From positions 62,001 to 126,000 of the forward strand of contig NW_026855093.1 in assembly GCF_026571515.1 (NCBI RefSeq): a stretch of 64,000 bases of DNA, in the 5' to 3' direction. Numbering within the stretch: the stretch's first letter is position 1; each line of letters opens with the position of its first letter. This stretch comes from Ruditapes philippinarum (Eukaryota). Made by a program: the position numbers and the translations under genes. This document shows positions 63,376 to 64,000 of this stretch, one piece after another. The notes under the pieces were generated by a model, which searched no databases, had not been told where the DNA came from, and saw nothing but the letters and a program-made list of their open reading frames with translations.

Positions 63376-64000
63376 AACATGGCGCCCCTACTTACTTTTT
63401 TCATTTGTTGGTCAGTTTTGATAATTTAAGGGGCCTAATTATTTATTTATGGGCCTAATATTCAATTATTTATTTGTTTTCTGTTAGTTCCTTATCAGTT
63501 TCTAATTATTTATTCTTAGGTAGTGGTTTGCCTGCCCGTGCTCTGTCTTGTGCCATTTCCTGTTTTTGTTTGGGTTCCTCTTGGGGTCCTTGCCGCTGGC
63601 TCTTGTTGCTGGGTCGGGTGGGGGCTGCGTTCATTGAACGCCGCCTTTCCTTGATGATCTTGTTTATCATATTTTTTGATAATTTTAGACTCAAGTAAAA
63701 AAATCCTTTATGAACTTTCTAGTGATGCCTTAAACATGAATATTAATTACGTAGAAGTATTAAAAATTTTGTTTCAAACTTATCGTTGTTTATTTTTTCA
63801 CTCTTAAAACCACACTCATATATTCGGAAAAAAAATCACATCGCTTCCTTCAGATACTTTATTCAAAAAAGAAAATGAATATTGAATGACAGTGAAGACG
63901 TAGCTTTGAACAAGTATATTAAAAATCTGGAAACAAAGTGATCCCCCGGAAGCATAAATCACAACAAAATTACATTAGAATTGCAGACTCGGTTTTATTG

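Noticed and set aside
63506-63694. 62-aa basic ORF on the minus strand as a possible exon of copy C
   Set aside because: No similarity to exons 1-2 of A/B, and about 60 bp of it recurs at 52105-52160 within repeat-derived sequence.

Overview
AT-rich, intron-containing eukaryotic DNA, most likely a bivalve mollusc (inferred from the repeat types and gene families). The window is an innate-immunity cluster. (1) Three minus-strand IFI44/IFI44L-like P-loop GTPase genes share identical internal exon sizes (186/141/175 bp). Copies A (3440-10830) and B (15270-23247) come from a head-to-tail tandem duplication of about 10-12 kb. Copy C (50679-59685) is an older paralogue whose 5' exons were not identified. 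A and B have no recognisable intact TLDc domain, begin with a myristoylation-type micro-exon (MGQEQS; nonsense-mutated in A) and carry GAS+ISRE-like motifs upstream. (2) A 10-exon plus-strand gene (25496-33493), almost invisible in the ORF track, encodes a 365-aa secreted mosaic protein: signal peptide - Ly6/uPAR three-finger - ShKT - TSP1 - F-type lectin. It lies head-to-head with copy B. (3) Also present are a frameshifted coiled-coil/C-type lectin pseudogene, a death-domain gene fragment apparently carried by a Helentron/pearl-like element inside an IFI44 intron, and the last two exons of an uncharacterised gene at the left edge. (4) Mobile elements are abundant: tRNA-SINEs, a solo LTR, a TIR DNA element, a Tc1 relic, Crypton-like hairpins and HINE/pearl-like elements carrying satellite arrays. 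All gene models were built by hand from GT-AG sites and phase consistency. No database searches were run.
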